From Allobaculum fili (GTDB taxonomy: Bacteria; Bacillota_I; Bacilli_A; Erysipelotrichales; Erysipelotrichaceae): a stretch of DNA of 32,000 nucleotides. Where the stretch lies: assembly GCF_020969955.1 (NCBI RefSeq), contig NZ_JAHDSX010000007.1:30001-62000 (forward strand), given 5' to 3'. The notes beneath the pieces were generated by a model. It was given only the letters and a program-made list of their open reading frames with translations, did not search any database and was not told the origin of the DNA. The translations under genes and the position numbers were made by a program. Of the stretch, positions 16,891 to 24,791 are shown one piece after another; the stretch's first letter is position 1; every line of letters begins with the position of its first letter.

Positions 16891-17541
16891 CTATACCCGG
16901 TAATAGGCGTAATGCTTTTCAATCCGCTCACAGACAAAGCTGACGATCAGGTTGAACACGTAGTAGTACAGACCGGCAATCATCAGCGGCATAATCGTCG
17001 CCTGCGCTGCGGCAAGCTGTTTGGCCATTGTAAACATTTCCGCTACCGCAATGACGAAGGCCAGAGACGTATCCTTAACGAGCGTGATGATTTCGTTGGT
17101 AATCGCCGGCATGACCTGCTTGATCAGCTGCGGCAGCAGGATATGAAAGAACGTCTGGGTTCTCGAATAGCCAAGGACTTTCGCGGCTTCTTCCTGGCCT
17201 TTGGGAAGGGCCTGCAGACCGCTTCGATAAATTTCCGCAAAGTAGGCAGCGTAATTGATCGAGAACGCGATAATGACGGCAATAAAGCGATAGTCCGCGC
17301 CGACTTTCATACGGAACAGATAGTACGGGCCAAAATATACGACGATCAGCTGCAGCATCAGCGGGGTGCCGCGCATAATGGAAATGTAGATGCGGGTAAT
17401 TGTACTTATAATTTTGTTTTTGGACATTCGGCCAAAAGCCACAATCATGCCAAGCGGCAAGGAAAAGATCAGGGTCAGCGCGAAGATTTCAATGGTGACC
17501 AGAAGGCTTTTGCCGATTTCCAGAAATGTATACCAGTCCAT
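16891..17541 (-). CDS. Amino-acid ABC transporter permease
   Basis: 216 aa, multi-TM. The EAA-like loop is EAAKVLGYSRTQTFFHILLPQ, typical of polar amino-acid permeases. Confidence 0.9.
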   Translation of the reverse strand: MDWYTFLEIGKSLLVTIEIFALTLIFSLPLGMIVAFGRMSKNKIISTITRIYISIMRGTPLMLQLIVVYFGPYYLFRMKVGADYRFIAVIIAFSINYAAYFAEIYRSGLQALPKGQEEAAKVLGYSRTQTFFHILLPQLIKQVMPAITNEIITLVKDTSLAFVIAVAEMFTMAKQLAAAQATIMPLMIAGLYYYVFNLIVSFVCERIEKHYAYYRV

Positions 17542-17550
17542 CGCAAAGCC

Positions 17551-18387
17551 TTATTTCTTATAATCCTCAATGACAAGGAAGTCCGTCAGACCGTATTTCT
17601 CGGCAATTTCCTGAACCTTGCCTTCGTCATACAGCGTGTAGACATCGGCCTGTACTGTGTCACGCAGATCGGTATTTCCTTTCAGGAAGCCGATGGCGTA
17701 CACTTCGGAAGCCAGCGGCTCATCCAGCTTGCGGAATGCACCGTCTCCACGGTTGGCGATCTGGTAATCCGCGACGCCGACATCGAGGGCAACCGCGTCA
17801 ATTCCTCCGGCTTCAAGATCCATGAAGGCGGTGTTGTAGTCGCCGTACTGCGTCAGGTTGGCGAAGGAACTTGCCAGATCGGCGTTATCTTCGCTTTCCA
17901 AAGCCGCAAGCGCGGAAGAGTCTTTCTGTACGCCGACGTTTTTGCCGGCCAGATCGGCCGCGCTTTGAATATCGGAGTCTGCCGGTACGACGAATACTTG
18001 CGAGTTATCAATATACGGATCGCTGAAGGTGTAATCGTCTTCACGTCCGTCCATGGTGAAGCCGTTCCAGATGCAGTCGATCGTGCCGTTGGAAAGTTCC
18101 ATATCCTTGGAATCCCAGTCAATCGGCTGTTTTACGAGCGTCCAGCCTTCCATTTCAGCGACCGCTTCGGCCAGTTCCAGATCAAATCCGGTGTATTCGC
18201 CGTTCTCGTCTTTATAGCCGTATGGCGGGAATTCGGCGTCGAAGCCTACCGTAAACGTTTTCGCCGAAGCGTCGCTTCCGCTCTGGCTGGAAGCTTTTGC
18301 GCTCTCACCAGCATTCGAATTGCCGGAGCAGCCGGCAAGCAGGGAACCGGCGACCAGAGCCGATAAAAGCAGGTTGGTTTTTTTCAT
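17551..18387 (-). CDS. Amino-acid ABC transporter substrate-binding lipoprotein
   Basis: 278 aa with the lipobox LLAGCSG. It has a family-3 SBP-like core: FTVGFDAEFPPYGYKDENGEYTGFDLEL. Confidence 0.9.
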   Translation of the reverse strand: MKKTNLLLSALVAGSLLAGCSGNSNAGESAKASSQSGSDASAKTFTVGFDAEFPPYGYKDENGEYTGFDLELAEAVAEMEGWTLVKQPIDWDSKDMELSNGTIDCIWNGFTMDGREDDYTFSDPYIDNSQVFVVPADSDIQSAADLAGKNVGVQKDSSALAALESEDNADLASSFANLTQYGDYNTAFMDLEAGGIDAVALDVGVADYQIANRGDGAFRKLDEPLASEVYAIGFLKGNTDLRDTVQADVYTLYDEGKVQEIAEKYGLTDFLVIEDYKK

Positions 18388-18390
18388 AAT

Positions 18391-18461
18391 TTTTCTCCTG
18401 TCCTAATGAAAAGGAACAGGCTGTGCAAAGGGACAAATGTCCGAAGATTTTGACAGGCTGT
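18391..18461 (-). promoter_or_regulatory. Structured 5' leader of the ABC operon with SD-sequestering potential
   Basis: On the minus strand, GGACAGG abutting the SD (plus 18397-18403) can pair with CCTGTTCC (plus 18413-18420). A 9-bp direct repeat ACAGGCTGT (18416-18424 and 18453-18461) flanks the palindrome GGACAAATGTCC (18431-18442). Confidence 0.3.
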
Positions 18462-18868
18462 TCACAATATTTGAAAGTTTATCACACTTGAAAACGACAA
18501 TCCCGCGTCTTTCCAGAAACTGTAAATGTTTTCAGGATTATGACGGAAACGCAATCAAAATGCAATGCGTGTCCAGAAGTACGCCTGCCCACGATAACAA
18601 ACTTCTTCTCGTTCTCCATATCTCTTGCCCAAAGGGGACGGATTTTTTTAAGGAAGAATCTCCCTGTCCAAAACCGTTCTCTCTGCGCCAGAGTGAGGCG
18701 GATTATCGAGCCCGCTTTGCTGATCCGGCAAAATACAGACATCTGGATTTTCAGAGATCGATTGTGAAATTCGATTTCAAGCGTAAATTCTGACATCGAT
18801 CATTGGGCAGGCATCGTTTGGTTTTATCATCCGAAAAGTATAATGGTATTGCCGATTAGGAAGGGCTG

Positions 18869-19891
18869 ATGCCGATGAAATATATGACGGTACAGAAGGC
18901 ATCAAGAAAATGGGACATCTCCGATCGCCGCGTGCGCTATCTCTGTTCCAATGGCCGAATCCGCGGAATTCTGCAGCAGGGAAGGCGCTATCTGATTCCG
19001 GAAAACGCAGAAAAGCCTAAAGATGAGAGGGTAAGCCGCAATAAAGCGGCTAAAGAGCGTAAATACAACGACTTTACCCGGCTCGATCTGCTCAAGAAGC
19101 TGGTTAAGGAACTTCCGCAGGAAGATCCTCTGACCCAGGCGGTCGGCAGGAAAAACTTTATTTGTGAATTTGCCAGTTCCATCTGCGCCCAGCAGGGAGC
19201 GGATCTCAGTTTTGAACAGGCTTCGCATATGGTCGACGGTCAGGTCGAACCAGTTTTTTCCCTTGCCGAACATCTCGACGTTCGAGGCGTTCACGATGCC
19301 TGGATTTATTTGTTCAGCTGTCTGAAGGAAAAGAAAACGCTCAGCCAGAACATGATTCGCGCGGTCCATTCGCTGGCCGATCTCAATCATTCCTTTTCGC
19401 GCGGAAAGTATCGGAAAGTGCATGTCCGCATCTGTGCGGGTGCCGATCGTTCCATATCCCTCGATCTGATCGAACCCAAACTCAGTGAACTGCTCAATCT
19501 GAACTCGCGCTGGAAAAAGGAAATGCATCCTATTGAACGGGCTACGCGCTTTTATCTCGAGTTTCTGGCGATTCATCCCTTTGAAAATGCCGACAAAAGT
19601 GTTGCGCAGCTGCTTCTCTGCTACGATCTGATGCAAAACGGCTATCCGCCTTTGGTCTTCATACAGGAGGATCTGGACGAATGGCAGCAGGCCGTAGAAG
19701 AATACGAAAGCGACCGCAATGCTAAGCGGATGGTTCGTCTGGTCCGCCGCAAGATGGAAGAGAAGATGGAAGCCGTTCTTGCCGCAAACCGGGCCAAACG
19801 AAAACGCAAGGCGGCCCGAAGAAAAAAGATTGCCCAGACGCTGCAGAGGCAGCTGCCGTCCTTTGAACAGACGGAAAGTCTGCGCTCCTGA
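18869..19891 (+). CDS. HTH domain plus Fic-fold protein with a degenerate Fic motif
   Basis: 340 aa. The N-terminal HTH-like segment is MTVQKASRKWDISDRRVRYLCSNGRIRG. The Fic core reads HPFENADKSVAQ instead of HPFx(D/E)GNGRxxR. The C-terminal tail is basic. Confidence 0.8.
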   Translation: MPMKYMTVQKASRKWDISDRRVRYLCSNGRIRGILQQGRRYLIPENAEKPKDERVSRNKAAKERKYNDFTRLDLLKKLVKELPQEDPLTQAVGRKNFICEFASSICAQQGADLSFEQASHMVDGQVEPVFSLAEHLDVRGVHDAWIYLFSCLKEKKTLSQNMIRAVHSLADLNHSFSRGKYRKVHVRICAGADRSISLDLIEPKLSELLNLNSRWKKEMHPIERATRFYLEFLAIHPFENADKSVAQLLLCYDLMQNGYPPLVFIQEDLDEWQQAVEEYESDRNAKRMVRLVRRKMEEKMEAVLAANRAKRKRKAARRKKIAQTLQRQLPSFEQTESLRS

Positions 19892-20112
19892 TGCATATGC
19901 AGCAGTAAAACCGGAAGAAATAAGAATCCACAGATACGGATGCTTTTGTCTTCTGGTTTTGTTTCTTAACGAATCCTGAATCCTCTATTAAGCTTCTTTA
20001 CAGCCGTCTTTTGAAATGTTGATCCGTGCTATAGTACAAATATCGAAAATCCTGTGTTCCTTTCGTCTGAACTGGACTGAACGTGAACCGGATTCCTTAT
20101 GGAGGAAACAGA

Positions 20113-21318
20113 ATGGGAATTCTCAGATGGGGAATTGACGCAGCCGCTTCAGCGTATGCGGATCAGCCCAAAGAAGTATTATTTGCGGAAGGATTAAACA
20201 ACGATGTCCTGGCCGTTCCCGCAACGGCAAAAGGAAAAAAAGGCACGCCAAACGTCTTAACTGACGGCTCCGTCTTTAACGTTGGAATCAACCAGGCCGC
20301 ACTGCTCATTGAAAATGGTCAGGTTCATGATTTCGTCATTGCGGACGATGAAAAAATGACCGGTCAGTATATTTACGATACGTCCCGTGAGCCGTCCTTA
20401 TTAAACGGCGGAACCCGCGAATGGAAAAATGTCTGGAATCTGGTGAAGAGCCGTTTCCAGTACGGCGGCCAGTCTCCAAACCGCATGCAGCTGGTGTATA
20501 TCAACCTGAAGGAAATCACCGAAAACCCGGTTGGTGTCGGCAAAGTACCCTTTATCGATACATATCTCGGTACACGTCTTCTTTTAGGCGTTCATGGCTA
20601 CTATACATTCCGGATTTCCAACCCGGCAGCGTTCTATGAAAATCTGCTGATGGATCCGTCGAAAAAATACCGTAAGGAAGAAATTACTGAACAGCTGCGC
20701 GTGGAAATGATGCCGAAAATTTCCGGTGCGCTGACCCGCATTGCGCCTGCCTGCGTAAATGGCTATCAGGATATTTACGTTCACGATACCGATCTTGCCA
20801 ACGCGCTCAACGAAGCGCTCGGTCAGGAATGGCTCGACAAACGCGGCATTGAACTCGTGAAAGTCGCTCTGAACCCGGAAGTTGCCCCAGCAGATCTGGA
20901 ACGCGTCATGCAGCTGGAAAATGCGCGCACGCTCTCCAACTCCCAGATGGCGTTCGGTTCCATGGTCAATGCGCAGAACAATGCGATGCAAAACGCTGCA
21001 GCCAATGCCAATGGGGCAGTAAACGGCTTTATGGGAATGAATATGGCCGGTGGCAATTCGCAGACCGCCTCGCTCCTTGCCCAGAAAATGGAACAGGAAA
21101 AGGCAGCGCAGGAAGCAGCAGCCAAAGCAGCGGCTGCGCCTGCACCGAGCAGTGATAGCCAGACCTGGGTTTGCGCGAACTGCGGCGAAACCGCAACTGG
21201 CCGATTCTGCGCAAACTGCGGGACGTCAAAACCTGAAGTGAAATTCTGCCCGAACTGCGGAGCGAAAACGACTCCAGGTTCCAAATTCTGCACCAACTGC
21301 GGAACGAAACTCAGTTAA
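20113..21318 (+). CDS. SPFH (band-7)-like protein with C-terminal double zinc ribbons (YdjI-like)
   Basis: The track start is GTG 20083. ATG 20113 has GGAGGAAACAGA upstream. The C-terminus reads CANCG...CANCG...CPNCG...CTNCG. An Ala/Gln-rich linker precedes it. Confidence 0.75.
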   Translation: MGILRWGIDAAASAYADQPKEVLFAEGLNNDVLAVPATAKGKKGTPNVLTDGSVFNVGINQAALLIENGQVHDFVIADDEKMTGQYIYDTSREPSLLNGGTREWKNVWNLVKSRFQYGGQSPNRMQLVYINLKEITENPVGVGKVPFIDTYLGTRLLLGVHGYYTFRISNPAAFYENLLMDPSKKYRKEEITEQLRVEMMPKISGALTRIAPACVNGYQDIYVHDTDLANALNEALGQEWLDKRGIELVKVALNPEVAPADLERVMQLENARTLSNSQMAFGSMVNAQNNAMQNAAANANGAVNGFMGMNMAGGNSQTASLLAQKMEQEKAAQEAAAKAAAAPAPSSDSQTWVCANCGETATGRFCANCGTSKPEVKFCPNCGAKTTPGSKFCTNCGTKLS

Positions 21319-21523
21319 GCGTCCAATCGCCTGGTTCATCACATTCAAAACCGAAACGAAAGGCTCAGTCCCGTACAGGAGGCTGAGCCTTGTCTCGTTA
21401 TGGGTATTAGAAAGAGGAGTCTTCTTCACACCAAAGCAGATCAGTTCCCAAACAATATTGTTTTTTAACACTTAGAAGCCGTACATAATGTTCTTAGATT
21501 CATGCTCCCAAGGAGGTCATGTG

Positions 21524-21730
21524 ATGGATGAATTGATTAAAGACGTCGTGATAAGGATATTGGAAAACAACCGTGAACTGGGATCCTTGTCTGGCGATTT
21601 CGCTAAAGGAAAGAGGTTAGCCTATTACGAGATTTTAGATTTAATTAATAGCAGATTAGAGATCCTCGGGAATAATCCTTCTTCTTTTGGCATTAAAGAC
21701 GATCCGTTCAAATTGATCAATTTAAATTAG
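21524..21730 (+). CDS. Small hypothetical protein (68 aa)
   Basis: AAGGAGG lies 7 nt upstream of ATG 21524. The sequence looks helical and sits in an AT-richer patch. It overlaps the convergent flavodoxin gene end by 14 nt. No family was recognised. Confidence 0.4.
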   Translation: MDELIKDVVIRILENNRELGSLSGDFAKGKRLAYYEILDLINSRLEILGNNPSSFGIKDDPFKLINLN

Positions 21731-22331
21731 CACATGCAGGCGAGTCGCCTGCTCCGAAAGAACAGACAATGAAAACCGGCTTATTAATCCGGAGTGTTTC
21801 TGGATGTTTTAAAGCGTCAAGGGCTTGAAAAAGCGGTTCGATAATCGAAGGATCGGTGAAATCACAGGACTGACTCAACAATCTGGACATGGCCTCTTCC
21901 TGCTCTGATTTGTCCTTCTTCTTTTTGAGCATGCTGGCAAGCATTTTCAACATCAGCCGGCTCGCCAGAGACATCTTTGAATAATTCAGACCGCCTGGAA
22001 AATAGAAAACACGCTCCGGGGCAGTATTCAGTGCTTTTCCAGCTTCATCGAGCGCCAGGAGCGTATCCGGAAAAGGAGAAGAAGCGGCTCCGGTTACAAA
22101 AAGAAAGACGGGCTGATCTGGATTATTTTTTCGGATTTTGGCAAAGTCGGCAAGGGCATGAAGGTTTCCCGCCTGCATCCAGGTCCCAAAGATCAGTACG
22201 TCAAAAGTCGACAAATCCATAGTTCGGCTTTTGGAGAGCGGGAAGCATTCGCCATCAATCCGGCTTGCAATCCATTGGGCGTACCGCTCTGTAAAGCCGG
22301 TCTGGGAATGGCAGAGGACAGCTGTTTTCAT
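21717..22331 (-). CDS. Flavodoxin-like protein
   Basis: 204 aa. The N-terminal MKTAVLCHSQTGFTERYAQ is an SxTGxT FMN phosphate-binding loop. Starts 2 nt after the MarR gene. Confidence 0.8.
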   Translation of the reverse strand: MKTAVLCHSQTGFTERYAQWIASRIDGECFPLSKSRTMDLSTFDVLIFGTWMQAGNLHALADFAKIRKNNPDQPVFLFVTGAASSPFPDTLLALDEAGKALNTAPERVFYFPGGLNYSKMSLASRLMLKMLASMLKKKKDKSEQEEAMSRLLSQSCDFTDPSIIEPLFQALDALKHPETLRINKPVFIVCSFGAGDSPACANLN

Positions 22332-22333
22332 CC

Positions 22334-22921
22334 TTATTCTCCTTTGTCTGCGGAAAGTCGGGTTTCCGGCAGTTTGTCTTTTTTGTTTTCTGCGCGCTTT
22401 TCTTCGATTTTTGCAGGAACAGGGGACTCTTCATCAGGTGCTTTCATTGCGGCTTTTTCCAGAAGATCTGCCCCGTTTAACAGGCTGAGAAGCATTTCAA
22501 AAAGCGCGAGCGTCTGATCCTCATTCAAGCCGGTGAACAGTTCGCCAAGCTGCTCGCGATACGGAGCGAAAGCTCCGTCAAAACAGGCATCCGCTTTATC
22601 AGTCAGAAGAATCATTAAAGCGCGCGGCCGATCCGGGTTTGTTTCTATATGGACGAAGCCCTTCTTTTCTAAAGAAAGCGCGAGCTTTTTAACATTCTGC
22701 CTTGAACAGCCGAGCATCTTGCCGCATTCTCCCAGGCTGAGCGGCTGCTCAAGGTCATGCAAAGTCGACAGCAGCATGAACTGGCGAAGTGTAACCTCCG
22801 GAATACCTGCATCAAAGAGATTCTGGATCCGATTTGTCAGCATGAACAGAAGATTGAAGATGGCTCTTTGCGCAAGTTCCGGATTTTGAGAGGACTTCTC
22901 GATTCGATCTTTGAGTTCCAT
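22334..22921 (-). CDS. MarR family transcriptional regulator
   Basis: 195 aa. The winged helix is LSLGECGKMLGCSRQNVKKLALSLEKKGFVHIETNPDRPRA. The C-terminal tail is acidic/basic. Confidence 0.85.
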   Translation of the reverse strand: MELKDRIEKSSQNPELAQRAIFNLLFMLTNRIQNLFDAGIPEVTLRQFMLLSTLHDLEQPLSLGECGKMLGCSRQNVKKLALSLEKKGFVHIETNPDRPRALMILLTDKADACFDGAFAPYREQLGELFTGLNEDQTLALFEMLLSLLNGADLLEKAAMKAPDEESPVPAKIEEKRAENKKDKLPETRLSADKGE

Positions 22922-22999
22922 GAGATTTCTGTACCTTTCCTTCCTGTAAAAATGCTCGACTTCCTGTATTGAATTAGAAAAGCTGGCTTTTAACCCGCT

Positions 23000-23023
23000 A
23001 TATGTAACTGGTTACCTATTATA
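23000..23023. promoter_or_regulatory. Putative MarR operator overlapping the -10 of the MarR-flavodoxin promoter
   Basis: Inverted repeat ATATGTAAC-tg-GTTACCTAT (23000-23019, one mismatch). The minus-strand TGGTATATAAT overlaps its right arm. Confidence 0.45.
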
Positions 23024-23088
23024 TACCATCCCATCGTTCTGCTCTCCATCTTTTTTTCGGGTAATATTTTCAGTGGCGAAAAATTTCA

Positions 23089-23122
23089 GAAAAAAGGCCC
23101 GAAATCCATATAAGATTTCAGG
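23089..23122 (-). terminator. Terminator after the 442-aa gene
   Basis: On the minus strand, CCTGAAATC-ttatatg-GATTTCGGG (one mismatch) is followed by CCTTTTTTCT. Confidence 0.6.
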
Positions 23123-23155
23123 CTGTAGGATATGCAGTGATCTTGTGCGTGCGGA

Positions 23156-24484
23156 TCAGCCGAGTTTCTTACGGCGAAGCGTTTTCGAATTCAGAATGAC
23201 TGCGTCTTCAAAATGGTCATAAATTGCATCTCTATGTAGATCAGTGAGTCTGCGTCTGGCTGTCGGATTTTCTGGGTCTTCGATGTTGATTTTATAAGTC
23301 AATACCGTATAGCTGTCCTGAGGAATTTCCCAGAAGGAAACGCAGTAGTATGGCTCGCTGCCCTCCTCTTCTTGCCAGAACGAAAGGGAGGAGCGGATTT
23401 TGGTCTGCTTTCCGGATTTCAGCAGGACGTCCAGTTCTACAGTTCGGATGGCTTCCCAATACGTTTCAACGATAAATCGGTTTATAGTTCCTTCATTTGC
23501 CGGGGTCTCCGATTCGATCTTGGAATTGTTTTTCGCATCGATCAGTTCGTTTCTGAATTGGGTCATATGGGAAATAAAAATTCGGTCATACACATTTAAG
23601 GATCCTATTTCCGGACTTTTCTCAGGAATGACGGATTGCTCATCGATTTTAAGAGATACATCAAGCACAGTGAATTTTTTACACCACGGATCCATCTTCT
23701 GGTCTTTATCACTTGTCTGATAAAGCAGCGATCCCTGGCCGAGCTCAAAATATTCAAGCTGATATCTTCGAAATGTTAAATAGGCCATTGATCCCGCATC
23801 GTCCTGCAGATTCACGTAACAGCCGCCCTTCGAAACGCGTTTTCCAAGCCATTGCAGTCGAGGCTTTATTTCCTTTATATAGCTTCGTACCCGATCGAGA
23901 ACAGGAAGAAAATCCTGAACTTTACGATCGTAAAGCCATTCATTAAAAAGATTTACGCCTAGGACACAATCAAACTGCATCAGATCGCATTCTCCTTCAC
24001 TTATCATCGTAATCTTTCGAAAGGATTTTTCCCTGGAAACAAGCCGTTCAAAAGGGATAGCCGATGAGGAAGTATCGAGTACATAAATGGGCGATTGAGG
24101 AAATCTCTTCACAGCAGCCCCGGCATAAAGCAGCGCCTCTGGTCCCCATACGAGAATGGACTGTCCATTGACCGATGGCATATGTTTCATAAGCAGATTC
24201 AAATTTAAGATCAGACGCATAAAGCGCAAATATGAGGATTCCGACTGCCAGTTTCTCCTTTTCAGAACAAAACTGTCCAGATGAATTTCGCCAAAATGCG
24301 CATATCCATTTTGATCACATGTGTAATCTTTCATTACATCCGCAAGACCAAGGCGGTCAGCATAAGCGATAACGGATGGATTCTCATCCCGAATTTTTGG
24401 AACGATAGAGCTCCAGGAGGGTAATTTCGCACTTTTCTTTTTCTTTTTGGAAGACTTTGCGGAAGACTTTTTCTTTTGACTCAT
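23156..24484 (-). CDS. Hypothetical protein: poly-Lys N-terminus, methyltransferase-fold-like middle region, unknown C-terminal half
   Basis: 442 aa with GAGGAG 5 nt upstream. The blocks ILVWGPEALLYAGAAV...IYVLDTS...FDCVLGVNLFNEW...SKGGCYVNL follow the order of class-I SAM-MTase motifs I, II, IV and post-IV, but the Gly-rich loop is degenerate. About 43-45% GC. Confidence 0.7.
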   Translation of the reverse strand: MSQKKKSSAKSSKKKKKSAKLPSWSSIVPKIRDENPSVIAYADRLGLADVMKDYTCDQNGYAHFGEIHLDSFVLKRRNWQSESSYLRFMRLILNLNLLMKHMPSVNGQSILVWGPEALLYAGAAVKRFPQSPIYVLDTSSSAIPFERLVSREKSFRKITMISEGECDLMQFDCVLGVNLFNEWLYDRKVQDFLPVLDRVRSYIKEIKPRLQWLGKRVSKGGCYVNLQDDAGSMAYLTFRRYQLEYFELGQGSLLYQTSDKDQKMDPWCKKFTVLDVSLKIDEQSVIPEKSPEIGSLNVYDRIFISHMTQFRNELIDAKNNSKIESETPANEGTINRFIVETYWEAIRTVELDVLLKSGKQTKIRSSLSFWQEEEGSEPYYCVSFWEIPQDSYTVLTYKINIEDPENPTARRRLTDLHRDAIYDHFEDAVILNSKTLRRKKLG

Positions 24485-24728
24485 ATGGACTCCTCGTATA
24501 AATCCTGATCAGTTTCAGCAATTTCCCTTACTTGACGAACTTCGAGGTGCGTTAACATCTTGAACAGGTCAGGATACTTTTCATTTGATAAACGATCCGC
24601 GTTCTGAACCTGGACCAGCCTTTACTTTCTATAAAAAACTGGTAAGGCCCTGAAAACTCTATTCTTTCTGAGATACAGACGGTAAGGAGTTCGGCAGAAC
24701 GGGCTTTCAAATCCATAGTTTAACAGAC

Positions 24729-24774
24729 AAAAAGCTGAAAAGAGTGAATGGGCTGATTCGCTTTTCAGCTTTTT
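24729..24774 (-). terminator. Terminator after the 176-aa gene
   Basis: A perfect 10-bp stem AGCTGAAAAG/CTTTTCAGCT (24733-24742 / 24761-24770), flanked by an A-run and a T-run. Confidence 0.75.
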
Positions 24775-24791
24775 GGCGTATCCGAATCGAT

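Noticed and set aside
16912-18366. 484-aa plus-strand ORF
   Set aside because: It runs antisense across two separate ABC-transporter genes (permease and binding protein). It is a shadow ORF caused by codon bias.
18437-18793. 118-aa ORF (and the antisense 104-aa ORF) in the ABC/Fic intergenic region
   Set aside because: It has a weak SD and a Cys/Arg-rich composition, and no recognisable family. It overlaps the predicted divergent promoters and leader. It is more likely non-coding.
24481-24558. 25-codon upstream ORF (MLTHLEVRQVREIAETDQDLYEESI) ending in an ATGA overlap with the 442-aa gene start
   Set aside because: It has no SD or alternative start upstream, so the overlap may be coincidental. 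It is mentioned only within the 442-aa finding.
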